A stretch of DNA of 64,000 nt from positions 101,432,001-101,496,000 of the forward strand of contig OX597821.1 in assembly GCA_951406725.2 (NCBI GenBank), in the 5' to 3' direction. Positions 1 through 11,891 of this stretch are shown one piece after another. The notes beneath the pieces are model-generated. The model searched no databases. It was not told the DNA's origin and saw nothing but the letters and a program-made list of their open reading frames with translations. The stretch is from Octopus vulgaris. Its lineage: Eukaryota. The position numbers and the translations under genes were made by a program. Position 1 is the first letter of the stretch, and each line of letters starts with the position of its first letter.

Positions 1-400
1 TTTGCTTCTCAACCACATAGTTATGGCTTTAATCCCAATGTGTGGCATCTTGGGCAAATGTCTTCTACTATAACCTCAAGTCAATCAAAGCCTTGTGAGT
101 AGATTTCGTCGATGGAAACTGAAAGAAGCCTATAGTATATATGTATTATGTGTGTGTGTGCACTCACGTACGCTACTGTCTCCTTGCCTTGACATTATGC
201 GATGTCTCATGCAAGTGGGGGAATATTCATTTCCAATCTTCCATCAAAACATGTCTGGTCATTGGAAATATAACCTTACCTGGAAACAGGTGAGAGTTAG
301 TGACAGGAAGGGCATCCAACAAAAGAAAATCCATCTCAGAAACTACCATCCAACTCATACAAGCATAGAAAAGAGGACATTAAAACATTGCTGCTGCTGT

Positions 401-436
<36 letters not shown>

Positions 437-439
<3 letters not shown>

Positions 440-654
440 GAGGTACTGAAAAGTTCTTAGCTTTAAAAGTATCACAAAAAAACCTTGTTGGAGGCCCAAC
501 CATCCAAGTTTTTTTAAAGGGCTTAGAAAAACTGAAGGATCACTGCAATATGTGTGTGAATCTGAGAGAGGAATATGTTGAATAAAATCATAATTAACTG
601 ATCCGCTTGTATTTTCTTTTAGTCAAAGCCAGGAAATTTCGGCACCCCCTCATG
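437..654 (+). mobile_element. Mariner deletion derivative retaining the transposase C-terminus
   Basis: Degenerate TIRs (catgagg...gaaaagttc / gaaatttcggcaccccctcatg). 520-585 encodes GLEKLKDHCNMCVNLREEYVE*, resembling the mariner C-terminal W.KC...G.YVE motif. Confidence 0.7.
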
Positions 655-1074
655 TGTATCATCATCATCGTCATCATCGTTTAACGTCTGTTTTCCGCGC
701 TAGCACGGGTTGGATGGTTCGACCGGGGTCTGGGAAGCCAGGGGCTGCACCAGGCTCCAGTCTGATCTGGCAGTGTTTCTACAGCTGGATGCCCTTCCTA
801 ACGCCAACCACTCCGCGGGTGTAGTGGGTGCTTTTTACGTGCCACCAGCACAGGTGCCAGGGGAGTCTGGCATCGGCCATGATCGGTTGGTGCTTTTAAC
901 GTGCCACCGGCACGGAAGCCAGTCAAGGCGGCGCTGGAAGTATATGTGAATGTGGGTTTTGGTATACTGCATTTTTGTTCATAGCAGTAAAGAGAGTAGT
1001 CATAACTTTTATATGCCATATCACACTGGTATGGTTGAAGTTAGGCAGATGCCCATTAGAAAATATGTGCAAGG

Positions 1075-1520
1075 AGAGAGTTGCAGAGGGTTTCATTTCT
1101 GGGAAGAGCGGTTTGGATAAAGTGTCTGTTTGAGGTTTTGTGGTTAGAGACAGTTACAAATAACAAAAAGAGGAAATGGTTGATAAACAGAGTGAGCTTC
1201 GGTGGTGCTGATACACACAGCCTGCTAGTTCAGAAAATTGGAGAAACCATTGTAGTAATGATAGATGAAGAAGAGAAGTGGGGGGTGTTTTGAGTGCTTT
1301 GGTGTGCAAGTGGTTGTAATATGCGAATGAATGCTTGTCATTCAGTTGGATGGCATTTTTTCTTTTTGTGTTATCTACGATGTTTATGTGTGTAGCAGCT
1401 GTTCCTTCCCAGGCATGAGACAGTACTCTAGCGTTGGCTGCACTTGTACATTCTATAGAGAGTCAGCAGCAGCTCAGATATGAAGTAATTTCTGGCATGA
1501 AGATGTAGATTTTGGCTTTG
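1075..1520 (-). mobile_element. CR1/Jockey-group LINE remnant
   Basis: Minus strand gives LLTLYR..VQPTLEYC.HAW...LQPLAH...YHYYNG-like segments, typical of the post-RT region, with frameshifts. Confidence 0.6.
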
Positions 1521-3463
1521 TTATATAGATATAGAGATAGATAATGGAAGCAGGTGTGGGTATGTAGTTTACAAAATTTACTCCACTATCAAAAGGATCT
1601 GGGTTCAATCTCACTATATTGAACTTCAGACAAATGTCTTCTGTCAAAACTTCAGTTTGAGCAATACCTTGTGATTAGAATTTAGTGGATGTAAACTCCA
1701 AGGAAACCTATCATGAATGTATGTATGTGAACACATATCATTTGCTAAAAGATGTAAATCTCAGCAAGAAAACTGAAAAACTCTTGCTTTGTGAAATGTG
1801 TCCTTTGCAATACTTATTCTACACTGAGTTGCAGGCACTCCCTTATCACCTTTACAGTGAAACAGCAATTGATGCATTAGAAACCTGTAACTAACACTTG
1901 TTCACTAATTACAATATATATGTATATATAATATATCATCATCCTCATTTAACATCCATTCTCCATACTGGCATGGGTTCGGTGGTTTGACTGGAACTGG
2001 TGAGCCAGAGAGCTGCACCAGGCTCCAGGCATGAGTTCTACAGCTGGATGCCCTTCCTAACACCAACTACTTTAGGAGTGTAATGGGTGCTTTTATGTGC
2101 CACTGGAATGGGTGTCATTTACATGACACCAGCAACGACCACAGCTACAGTTCATTTTCATACACACATATATGGTAGATACAAGGGTGTCAAATGATAA
2201 TAAATAAGGTGTTAGGGATGGAGTAGAGGAGAGGAGAGAGAGAGCAATTCTGTACCTTCAGTCATTACATTCTCTCTCTCTCTTTCTCTGTTATACTCCA
2301 TCCCTAACACCTCTTATCCACTATCACTGTCAATACCCATGAGAATAGACCATAACCACCCCTGTTACTCTCACCATCAGTTGCTACAACCACCTCTTCT
2401 CACACCCCTATAAAACTTCCCCCTTTATCTCCCTACCCCACTCCCATCCAGTTTCATCCTCTGTATCACTTCATCTATATACACCCTCCACTATACCTTG
2501 AGGGTATGTCTCAACACATCTCCACCACCACCACCCTCTCTCTCTAACTCTGTCTCTCCTTTCTTTTTTATCCTGCATTTATACTTCTTAACCTCTCATC
2601 AACTGGCACAGAATGACTTCCATCACTACTACTTCCTCTGGTTGAGGGGTCTTTATCTTGCAAGTTACTTGGTAACCCTACCAGTTCTGGTGCCACAAAA
2701 AAAAAAGAAAAAAGAAAACACCCAGTACACTCTGTAAAGTGGCTGGTGTTAGAAAGGGTATCCAACCATAAAAACCATGCCAAATTAGACAATAGAGTTT
2801 GTTACTGTCCCTTAGATTGCCATCTCCTGTTAAACTATTCAACCCAAGACAGCCTGGAAAACTGACATTAACTGGGTGATGATGATGATGATGATGATGT
2901 GTGTGTGTGTGTGTGTGTGTATTTGCTCCTGAAGCCTTTCATATGGCTGCATGGCAGTGTAAGTATGGAATCAAGGTTTTCCTCCTCCTAGATGGGTTGC
3001 TTTCCTGGGCTAACAAACTTCATCTGCCTGACTGACTTACTAATTAACCCATAACTGGGATCCTGATGGGTGTTAATACTCTAGGCCTGAGTAGAACTCT
3101 GAACAATAGTGTCTAAGAGCTAGTCCCACACTCCTCATAACCCTGGAATGCCCAAACCAGGGTCCTGCTACTGAATACTATCCAAAATTGGTGCCCTTGT
3201 GGCAGTTCAATGTTGTCTAACAATTTTGTCCTGGTAACTCTTGCGACAATTGTGCCAGATTGTTACCCCGTGCTCTTCTTTAGATTCCATCAGTGATGCA
3301 AGGAAGGGGACATAGTGCAGAGGCTTGAATCCTATCAAAAAACCCATTACTGGAGAGATAGAACCTGACCAGATGCTGCTGTTCCAGTGGGGTGGATAAC
3401 TAGGATCCTCATTCATGGTTATTGATGATAAATAGTGGCCAAAGAACATACATGTATATATTC

Positions 3464-3849
3464 TCTCTTTTACTTGTTTCAGTCATTTGACTGCGGCCAT
3501 GCTGGAGCACCACCTTTAGTCGAGCAAATCGACCCCGGAACTTATTCTTTGTAAGCCCAGTACTTATTCTATCGGTCTCTTTTGCCGAACCGCTAAGTTA
3601 CGGGGACGTAAACACACCAGCATCGGTTGTCAAGCAATGCTAGAGGGACAAACACAGACACACAAACATATATATATACATATATACGACAGGCTTCTTT
3701 CAGTTTCCATCTACCAAATCCACTCACAAGGCTTTGGTCAGCCTGAGGTTATAGCAGAAGACACTTGCCCAACATGCCACGCAGTGGGACTGAACCCGGA
3801 ACCATGTGGTTGGTTAGCAAGCTACTTACCACACAGCCACTCCTGCGCC
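3464..3849 (-). mobile_element. tRNA-derived SINE (family B), full length. Other copies at about 1-330, 5253-5830, 21880-22220, 22971-23340, 28300-28645, 52066-52340, 56210-56610
   Basis: On the minus strand: A-box-like TGGCTGTGTGG and B-box-like GGTTCAGTCCC, then a conserved body (accaaagccttgtgagtggatttggtagatggaaactgaaagaagcc), a (TG/TA)n spacer and a tail ending gactgaaacaagtaaaag. Confidence 0.9.
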
Positions 3850-5408
3850 TATAGATATGTATATGTAATAAAACAAGTTTTTTACTCCTTTCTCCTTGTT
3901 TATATATGTATATATATTATATGTATACTGCCAAGGTGGACTTTGCCTTTCATCCTTTTGGAGTCAATAAAATATTGTTTGAACACTGGGGTCAATGTAA
4001 CTGACTTACCCAATTCCCCAAACTTGCTGGCCTTGTGCCAAAAATTGAATAAGATACACACACACATACCTGCATGGGTGCCACAAGCTAAGTTTTTGTT
4101 GTGAGTTGTTTATGAGTGAGAAGGATGTAGTAATAATGTGAATGTTTCCTTGATATATATGTGTAAAGGCTGCTTCTTGGTGTTGTTGAAGACCTGGTAG
4201 TTGTGTCCCCATTAAACTCATTTAATACCAACACACCTGAGGCTGCCTTACTATTTTTAAGACCTTACATTAAAAATTCTTGCTAATTTATATTCTAAAC
4301 ACAACTTAGTAATGATGACCACTCTCCTAAATTCATTTTTTTCCCCACTTTGGTTTTGTACCCTAACAAAATGGCTGTTGAGATTCTTTAAATCCCATTT
4401 GATAGTCAAGATCTTTATTATTAGGTTAAATTAGTATCAACATGTTTAATGCAGGGAGCATTTTTAAATAGCTAATTCGAAATAATTGCGTACTGAGACC
4501 AAAAATAATAATGCTTTAAATAACAAATGAGGGACAACTCTGGACATGTTTTGGAATTATTGTGACCTGATCATTAAAGCATGAACTTTACTATTCTTAC
4601 TGAAGTAGTAATGCAATAATAAGTAAATAATGTACAAAATATGGAATATGGAAGCTTACTTTTTGCTGATGAGGCCAGGATAATACTGAAATATGCATTC
4701 TCCCATACTTGCCGAATTAAAGCAATTTTGTCCCTTGAGTAATTTTTGTCATCTCAATTATTTTTAATAATGCTCCCAGTGGCAAATGTGTTAACACTAA
4801 CTTAACTGCTGTTTGTTTCTTTCATTGTATGGCTTTGTTAATTTGCACAGTTATTGTAATCAAGACTCTGAAGTTGATAATCCTAGTTAAGAGCTGCTAG
4901 CCTCTACTAACATATAACTGCAAATTTGTAGTCATTCTACCACTCTGACAGATATGTGGCTTTTCTAAATATTCTGTCTCTAACTACCTCGCCAGCACTG
5001 TTTTAATCCATGAGATTAATTCTTTCATTCAGTTATTATATTTGAGCTGTCAGATAAACTTGTTCGTTTTTTTGTTTTTTTTTCTCCATTTATTTTAATG
5101 TTTTCCAATGTTATTTGAATTAACACCAAAAATATTTCTATCTACAAATTTTATCATTTTTGAAATTTGAATAAATTGTACTTCTTCAGACAAATGATAA
5201 TGGAGCACCAAATAGGAAAGAAAGAAAGCAAATTTATTTGATAACCCAACATAGGCAGAGGCACGACTGAGTGGTAAGAGGTTTGCTTCCCAGCCACAGG
5301 GTTCTGAGTTTAGTCCCACTGCATAGCACCTTTGGCAAGCATCTTCTACTTGCCCCAGGCCAGCCATAGCCTTGAGTGGATTTGGTAGTTGGAAACTGGG
5401 AGAAGCCC

Positions 5409-5647
5409 ATCATCATCATTGTTCGACCGTGGTCGAGACAATGGAATTTACTATGCTACGCCAGACTTCACGGTCCATCATAGCATTACGGAGGTCCTGT
5501 TGCTGGATGCCTGTATCCCTGGAGATTACATCAAGGTAGGAGAGTGTGCACCCTCTGGTATCGCAAGTAGATGGCTTCCAGAGGAGAAGAGCAGAAATTA
5601 CCTATTTTCAGCTCTACAACAATGTCCAGCAAACTGGACTTTTCTAC
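5409..5647 (-). mobile_element. RTE-clade LINE 3' end inserted into a family B SINE
   Basis: Minus strand encodes RKVQFAGHCCRAE...LLLWKPS...YLDVISRDTG...MMDREVWRSIV...EQ*, followed by a (GAT)n tail; GCCCAT is repeated at both ends (TSD-like). Confidence 0.8.
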
Positions 5648-6032
5648 GCCCATTGTGTTTGTCCCCCACCACCATTTCACAACCAGTGTTGATGTGTTTG
5701 TCTCTGTAACTTAGCAGTTCAGCAAGAGACCAATAGCATAAGTACTAGTCTTTACAAGAAAAAAGTTTCGGTGTCGATTCGTTCGACTAAAAATTCTTCA
5801 TGGCCACAGTCTGACTGAAACAAATAAAAGATATGTAGGTGTAGGCAGGTCTCTTCCCAAGCAGTATCTTGAGTTTCTACTATAGCCCTGCCCTAAATGG
5901 AATTGGTGGACAGAAAATTCTCATGTTTCAAGTAACATTTATTAAGTCAGTATATTTTCAAGGGATCTATATTGAAATATAAAGTATTTGATTGACACTT
6001 TGATCAGTATCTGTCAACTACCCTGAACAATA

Positions 6033-6116
6033 CGAGGGGTGTATGAAAAGTTTTGAGCCTTGAAGTCTTGTAACGTTTTGTTTTTTTGAGGCTCAAGACG
6101 TTTCATACACTCCTCG
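6033..6116. mobile_element. Mariner-type MITE (84 bp)
   Basis: TA flanks; about 28-bp TIR cgaggggtgtatgaaaagttttgagcct / aggctcaagacgtttcatacactcctcg. Confidence 0.85.
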
Positions 6117-6230
6117 TAAATGTCATTTTCTAGCTAATGGTGAATTGACATTAAGAATCATATTTCTATATGCTTCAAAAACCATTGAATCTCTTATTAA
6201 ACTTGTTTTTGTATCTTTTTTATTTCCCAG

Positions 6231-6432
6231 GGTTTATCCAGTGTTTGGTAAAGTCAACTACCTCAATTCCCTTGATACTAGACAATATTTGTACTGCTTA
6301 ACTCCGAAACCAGAAGCCTATCTTGAAAGTAAGGTTTTAAAGGGTGTAACTAACATTGGCAAACTGGACATCACCTGGCGCACAAATATGGGTGAGAGAG
6401 GCCGACTACAGACCAGTCAGCTGCAAAGAGTG
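6231..6432 (+). CDS. TRAPPC13: TRAPPC13 internal coding exon (upstream exons not found in window)
   Basis: Acceptor ttttatttcccAG (6229-6230), donor GTATGT at 6433. Translates [67 protein letters not shown], matching the TRAPPC13/C5orf44 motif DTRQYLYCL...[22 protein letters not shown]. Confidence 0.95.
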
Positions 6433-7104
6433 GTATGTTGAATCTTTATTTATAGAATATATCTGACCATTGCTTTAGGATTTAATTGCAACATGTTTCA
6501 AATGATAAACTATTCTAACATTCTTGTCGCTCACAGTTCCGTGTTTTAGATGAAGTTATTAAATTGCCTTGAAATCTGTGTCCTACTGTTGTTACGAAAT
6601 ATAGCTTCAGTATTTTATAAATATCTGTACTGTAAATAAAAAAGAGCAAGCAGGGATGATGATGGTTACGAAGTTTGCTTTGCAAACGCATGGTTTAGGG
6701 TCCAGTCCTGCTATACAGTATCATCAGCAACCAATGCTTCGAGTGGAATTAGATGGAAACTGTATGGAAGCCTATTGTATGTATGTGTGTACATATGGAC
6801 ATTACTGTTGACATTCCATGTTTTGCTTCTCACCAAGTGAAACAGTGATATGATGTTTACATTTACAATAATCGCTCTGCACTTCCAAAGACCAGTGTCA
6901 AATGCCGTTTTAGACAGAGAATGTTATTAGCTTCCTTGACTGCAGTCTGTAAAATTCTGGTTCTTGTCACAAATGTAAACACACAATAACAGAAGCATTA
7001 TACTCGTAGCTCTCATATTTCATTCCTACATAGAGCCTTACGTTAATAGAGAACCTTACAACTATATTTTCATTAACTCCACCCCCTTTTAATGTAACTG
7101 GCAT

Positions 7105-7284
7105 TTAACCCCTTTTGTTACCATATTTGTTGAAATACTAAATGCCAGCATTATCAAAGGCAGTGTATGTAATTTAACCTGAAATTTTAATGGAAGGTTT
7201 CAGTTTAGTTAGATCACTTTAAAACTAGGAATATATTATAGAATGAGTGATGGTTTCAGATTAGATTGGTATCAAAAGGTTTAA
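7105..7284. mobile_element. Degenerate piggyBac-type MITE related to the termini of the 29243 element (similar copy at about 48597-48812)
   Basis: TTAA-ccccttttgttaccatattt...ggtatcaaaaggt-TTAA; start resembles ccctttcgttactatattt. Confidence 0.6.
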
Positions 7285-7526
7285 TTGTATACTTATTTTC
7301 AATTGTATTTGCAATAATTTAATATTAATACAAGGCCACATTATGTTTGATTTCTGACCTATTGGAAGTTGATAATTGACTCAAGGTAGGTTTTAAAAAT
7401 CAAATATAAAGCAACAAGATTAAATAGAAAATATTTTGTCAGACAATTATTAATCTGAATGATAGACTTAACTATAAAGATTTCATTTTGTCTGCCATAA
7501 TTGAGATTTCTACGAATTCATTTCAG

Positions 7527-7627
7527 GCTCCTGGTTATGGAGATATCCGTTTAACTGTGGAATCCATTCCGGATACTGTATCAATCGAAACTACTTTTAC
7601 TATAACATTCCGAATAACAAATTGCTG
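7527..7627 (+). CDS. TRAPPC13: TRAPPC13 coding exon
   Basis: tttcAG acceptor, GTAAGT donor at 7628. [33 protein letters not shown]; phase 0 in, phase 2 out. Confidence 0.95.
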
Positions 7628-7994
7628 GTAAGTTCATCTATCCAGTCAAATTAAAGTCGCATTTACTTTTCATACTACGCTTCTGGGTAGTTTTAAAATT
7701 GTTTCTTTAACTAGTGTATCATCCATAAAGTTGTAATGAAACTCTGCGCTAAATCATGCAAAATGGGTTAGGCAGAGTTATGTACCTTTGTTTTATATTC
7801 TTTATAAAATTCAAGACAGGACTCTTGCGTAATTATCCTTACACTAAATTTTTTTTTTTTCCCTCAGTTACTAGAGATAAATAAAAAACAAACTTTTTAA
7901 TTCACTTCACACAGCTATTTTACTCTTTAATTTTAAACAATTTTACTTTAATAAATGTCAATAAGTCTTAAAAGGAGAAAAATCTTTGTTTCAG

Positions 7995-8148
7995 TGAACG
8001 CACAGTGGATCTTGCTCTAATTTTACAAAACCATAACTCACCTGGAGTTCTTTGGTGTGGAGTGTCTGGTAAACAGCTAGGAAAATTACCACAAAACAAC
8101 AGCTTAGACCTTCCACTTACTGTCATAGCAACATCTCCTGGTCTACAG
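7995..8148 (+). CDS. TRAPPC13: TRAPPC13 coding exon
   Basis: tttgtttcAG acceptor, GTTTGT donor at 8149. (C)ERTVDLALILQNHNSPGVLWCGVSGKQLGKLPQNNSLDLPLTVIATSPGLQ; phases match neighbouring exons. Confidence 0.95.
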
Positions 8149-8242
8149 GTTTGTTAACATTCCAATTATTGTAATTATTATAATTCATATATGCTGACAT
8201 GCAATTAGTTTTCTAATAATGTTTTCTTCATTTTGCTTTTAG

Positions 8243-8329
8243 ACAATTTCTGGCCTTCGACTGACTGACAATTTCCTCAAGCGCACATATGAACATGATG
8301 AAATTGCTCAAGTGTTTGTTTGTGAATGA
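8243..8329 (+). CDS. TRAPPC13: TRAPPC13 last coding exon, stop TGA 8327-8329
   Basis: ttttgcttttAG acceptor. TISGLRLTDNFLKRTYEHDEIAQVFVCE*, matching the family C-terminus ISGLRLTD.FLKRTYE.D.IAQV. Confidence 0.95.
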   Translation, partial: TISGLRLTDNFLKRTYEHDEIAQVFVCE

Positions 8330-8365
8330 CGGTCATAATGAAAATTATTTAAATATTTCTGCTCC

Positions 8366-8438
8366 AATAAATTGTAGCACTATTGAAATAAAACAATTTA
8401 ATTAGATTCGTTACATCTGTGTTATTTATTATAATAAA
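8366..8438 (+). terminator. Candidate TRAPPC13 polyadenylation signals (AATAAA at about 8366, 8387 and 8433)
   Basis: Three AATAAA hexamers 37-110 nt after the stop codon, followed by T/GT-rich sequence. Confidence 0.55.
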
Positions 8439-9213
8439 GAAATTTCAACAAAGAAATGCCAAGAACTTCAGTTTTGTGGGTTAATTTTTTTTTTTAAATT
8501 CACTAAAAATGCTTGGATTTATGTGTGTATGTGTGAGTAGTGAAGGGAGAGGGCAGTAAATATAAACAAAATACTTTTCAAAACTGATGAAAGATTAGCT
8601 AGGACCTTTCTCAGGCTGGTACATCTACAGAGAGCAGGTCTACAAACAGCCACATTCATGATGGTGACAAAAACCGTTCTTTGGCTGATATGTCTACAGA
8701 GAATAGGTCTAGGAAGAATAAAAATAAAGTTTATCACATCATGAAGTGGATGGAGGCAGCAATGTTATCTAAAAAAAGCAGATGGATCCTGTTTTGATGA
8801 GGAAAAGTTCATATGCTAATGTGAATTTGTGCAATGACTGACATGAAACATCAAAAGTAGATGGGAAGGATATTAAAAGGACTTACAGCAAATGGCTAGA
8901 ACAATGGAAAAAAAATGAAAGGGGCCAGCTAAAATTTCTTACAAATTGCAGCTTGGTCACAGCCAAATTACTGTAGAGGAAGAAAGAAAACACATTGCAC
9001 TTCCACACCAGCTAGTTTTTGCTTGTTAGTTATAATTCTCTTGATTGATGAATGTCTAGCATATGATCAGTCATACTGTTGATATTACGACAATGGTACA
9101 TTGTAGGTACAACCAATAGAGATATTGCATAGAATAACAACATTCCTATGGAAATACAGGAAATATTTGCTACAAAATTCTGTACAGATTTGGCCATTAC
9201 TTCTTTATAAAGA

Positions 9214-9251
9214 TTTATTCATTATAAGTCCTATTTATATAAAGATTTATT
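9214..9251 (-). terminator. Two tandem AATAAA signals in the SGT 3' UTR
   Basis: TTTATT on the + strand at 9214-9219 and 9246-9251, inside a duplication with 32-nt period, about 160-190 nt past the SGT stop. Confidence 0.5.
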
Positions 9252-9408
9252 CGTTATAAGTCCCTCTATTATAATGCTATATATATATACATAAATACAT
9301 ATATATAGGCTTTCTGCTTGGTTTGTAGTAGCCAATTTGAACAGTGCACATCCAGTCTTACATGGACAACACACCATCATAGCATCAGTGTTCTTTACAC
9401 TTGGAATG

Positions 9409-9431
9409 TCACTCTTTGTTATCAGTTTCTT
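9409..9431 (-). CDS. SGTA: SGT last coding exon, stop TGA 9411-9409
   Basis: Polypyrimidine tract plus ttattgcAG acceptor; (E)ETDNKE*. The 11 exons sum to 960 nt (319 aa plus stop), a typical SGT size. Confidence 0.8.
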
Positions 9432-9882
9432 CTGCAATAAAAAGAAAAAAAGATATCCAGATCAATTCAATCTTTGTTAATACTTTCATATCAATAAGTC
9501 TAAATTTAAAGTCACATTTCCACACAGCAATACTTGATGGCATAAAAGACAAGCATATTACATTCAGGAACAAATATTTGGGAAAGATTTTTTTTAGTGC
9601 ATTAAAAGTTATGAGAAGCCAAACTTCGCATACAGGGGGACCTGGAATGATCGTTCGAGATTTTTCGAGGGATAGGGGGCAGTTTATATGCCATCAAATT
9701 AAAATTCTGACAAATACTATAAATACTTATGTCCCTTCCAACTGGTTATAAATCCTAATTCAAATGCAGTTGTCTCCCTTGATTATTACGTCTGATAAAT
9801 AAATTCCGATTTTTTTTTTCCATCTTTCTAAATCATAATTTTTAATCATTTACAAAGGAATTTACATTAATGAAATACAAAC

Positions 9883-9986
9883 CAGAGTTAGTCTGTTGTT
9901 CTCCATTCAAAATGTTAGCTTGTCTGCGGAGCTGTGCAACTAAGTCTGGGTTCTGTTGCTGCATCTGTGTGGCAAGCTGTTGCCCT
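9883..9986 (-). CDS. SGTA: SGT coding exon 10 (Q-rich region)
   Basis: GQQLATQMQQQNPDLVAQLRRQANILNGEQQTNS, matching the family motif AGQQ.AQQMQQQNP.L..QLR. Confidence 0.95.
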
Positions 9987-11822
9987 CTGAAAAAAAGTCC
10001 AATGCAAAAAGATGAGTTTAAAAGGTGATGCACTCAAAAGGTATTTTCTGTAGACACCATTAAGAGTCTATGGTCGTTCATTCATTCATTAATATCAATA
10101 ACAGATTTAAATGTTCATAAATGCTTCCAGCAAATTTCTACTTTCTCCAGCAGTAACACTGGACACCAACCGAAGTATTAAATATAGCTTTGTACATTGT
10201 AAAACATAACCTTTTGCATTCATTTTAATAAATAGCAAACCTTTTTTTGTTTTTTAAACATGGAATATTAAACATTGGCTATAGCTGTGTTGCTTTTAAA
10301 TTTGTCATTCAGAATATATGTATATACACACACACACACACACACAAAAAGTGATTGAAATTAACAAGCATTGGCAGGGGAATGATAAAACATGACAAAA
10401 GCTTTGTAGTCAATGGACTCCAAATACGGACATCCATACTCTCATACATTGAAATCCTGTCAATCACACACACAGAAAAATTACTACAGTTTAAATAGAT
10501 GGATAAACTTGAAAAGCGATTGAAAAGGAGATAATAAATAAAAAAAAAAGCAATATAGTTATATAGCCTTAAACATCTATTTATAATACATCTGGCACAT
10601 TTTATATTCACACAAGATTGTTAAAGCTATTTATTTCATTTATCTCCCAAAAGATGAATTAACATACTTGTTCCATGTACAAAACTGGTCTGACTGGCTA
10701 AAATTAGTGTCATAAATTATATATCAAGCATACATCTAATCAAGAGATTATTTAAGGCTTTCTTTTCTTTTTAACCAAACGTAAAAAGCACCCACTACAC
10801 TCACGGAGTGGTTGGCATTAGGAAGGGCATCCAGCCGTAGAAACATTGCCAGATCAGACTGGGCCTGGTGCAGCCTTCTGGCTTCCCAAACCCCAGTTGC
10901 ACCATCCAACCCATGCCAGCATGGAAAGCAGACGCTAAACGATGACGACGACGATAAAGAAATCTATTGTAAATACATTGGAGCTGTTATATCTCAGGAG
11001 ACCATGGAATTGCAACTGTAAAGTTGCTTTCCAAGATGTAAGCATAGGCTTCTTTTTCCAATGGAAGACCTGCAGTTTGCCCATACGTACAAGCCTCCTC
11101 TCAGTCTGCCACCTGTATTACCCAAGGGAATGGCAAGGGCTGATACAAATTGGCACCAGTACCCTCATAACACAGAGCCGAAACAGATAAGAGTTAGATG
11201 TAATGCTGTCTGATAATACAACACCCTGGACTAAGGCTTTACTGACCCTGAAAGAATAAAAAGCAAAGTTGACCTCAGCAGGATTTGAACTCAGAGTGCA
11301 GAGAGCCAGAATAAGTAAGCCGGGGCACATCATCATTTAATGACTTTTTCCCCCCATTCTGGCATGAGTTGGACAGTTGAACATAAACTGACAAGCCAGA
11401 AGATTGTGCCAAGTTCCAATGTTTGCTTTAGTATGGTTTCTACAGTTGGATACCTTACCTAAAGCCGGCCACTTCAGTGTGTACTGGGACCTTTCCATCA
11501 TTCATACATGTACCTGGTAACCTCACCAGTGTAAGACAAGACCCTTTCAACTAAGTAGGATATAGTATTTAAGGATATGAAAGTATGATAGAGACAGAAG
11601 TAGGTGTCTTGCTAAAGTGGTGAGTTAATGACTTTCTCATCTGGAAAGAATGAGAGAGATGCGAGGTCCAGGTGCAAGGTGAGTATGAAAGAGAGAATAG
11701 GGATAGAGGAATAAAAAGGGCAAGTGAGAAGCTAAAAATAGTTGACAGATGGGAACTAAGTTGGATGCAGTGAATATCAGTTGACTACTTTGTAAATAGG
11801 AAATACAAATAAAAATACTTAC

Positions 11823-11891
11823 GCTTGTAATAAAGAGGTAAGGCCTCCATTGCTTCCTTCACCAGCTGCTGAGGACATAAGATTGGACATC
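11823..11891 (-). CDS. SGTA: SGT coding exon 9
   Basis: MSNLMSSAAGEGSNGGLTSLLQ(A); ctAG acceptor, GTAAGT donor. Confidence 0.9.

Noticed and set aside
3775-3849. tRNA-like sequence with A and B boxes
   Set aside because: It is the head of a multi-copy SINE; I could not build a full cloverleaf and it runs directly into the SINE body.
4310-4390. Possible C/D snoRNA (ATGATGA box C) in a TRAPPC13 intron
   Set aside because: No suitably placed CTGA box D or terminal stem.
4665-4705. CTGATGAG...GAAA hammerhead-ribozyme-like core (similar at about 17506-17535 and 28068)
   Set aside because: Stems II and III and the cleavage triplet do not pair convincingly; at best decayed Penelope-like remnants.
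1-6230. Earlier TRAPPC13 exons, or a nested SHLD3-like gene as in the human locus
   Set aside because: I found no exon with recognisable TRAPPC13 sequence and no long unique ORF; the region is dominated by repeats. A tblastn search would be needed to exclude a short exon.
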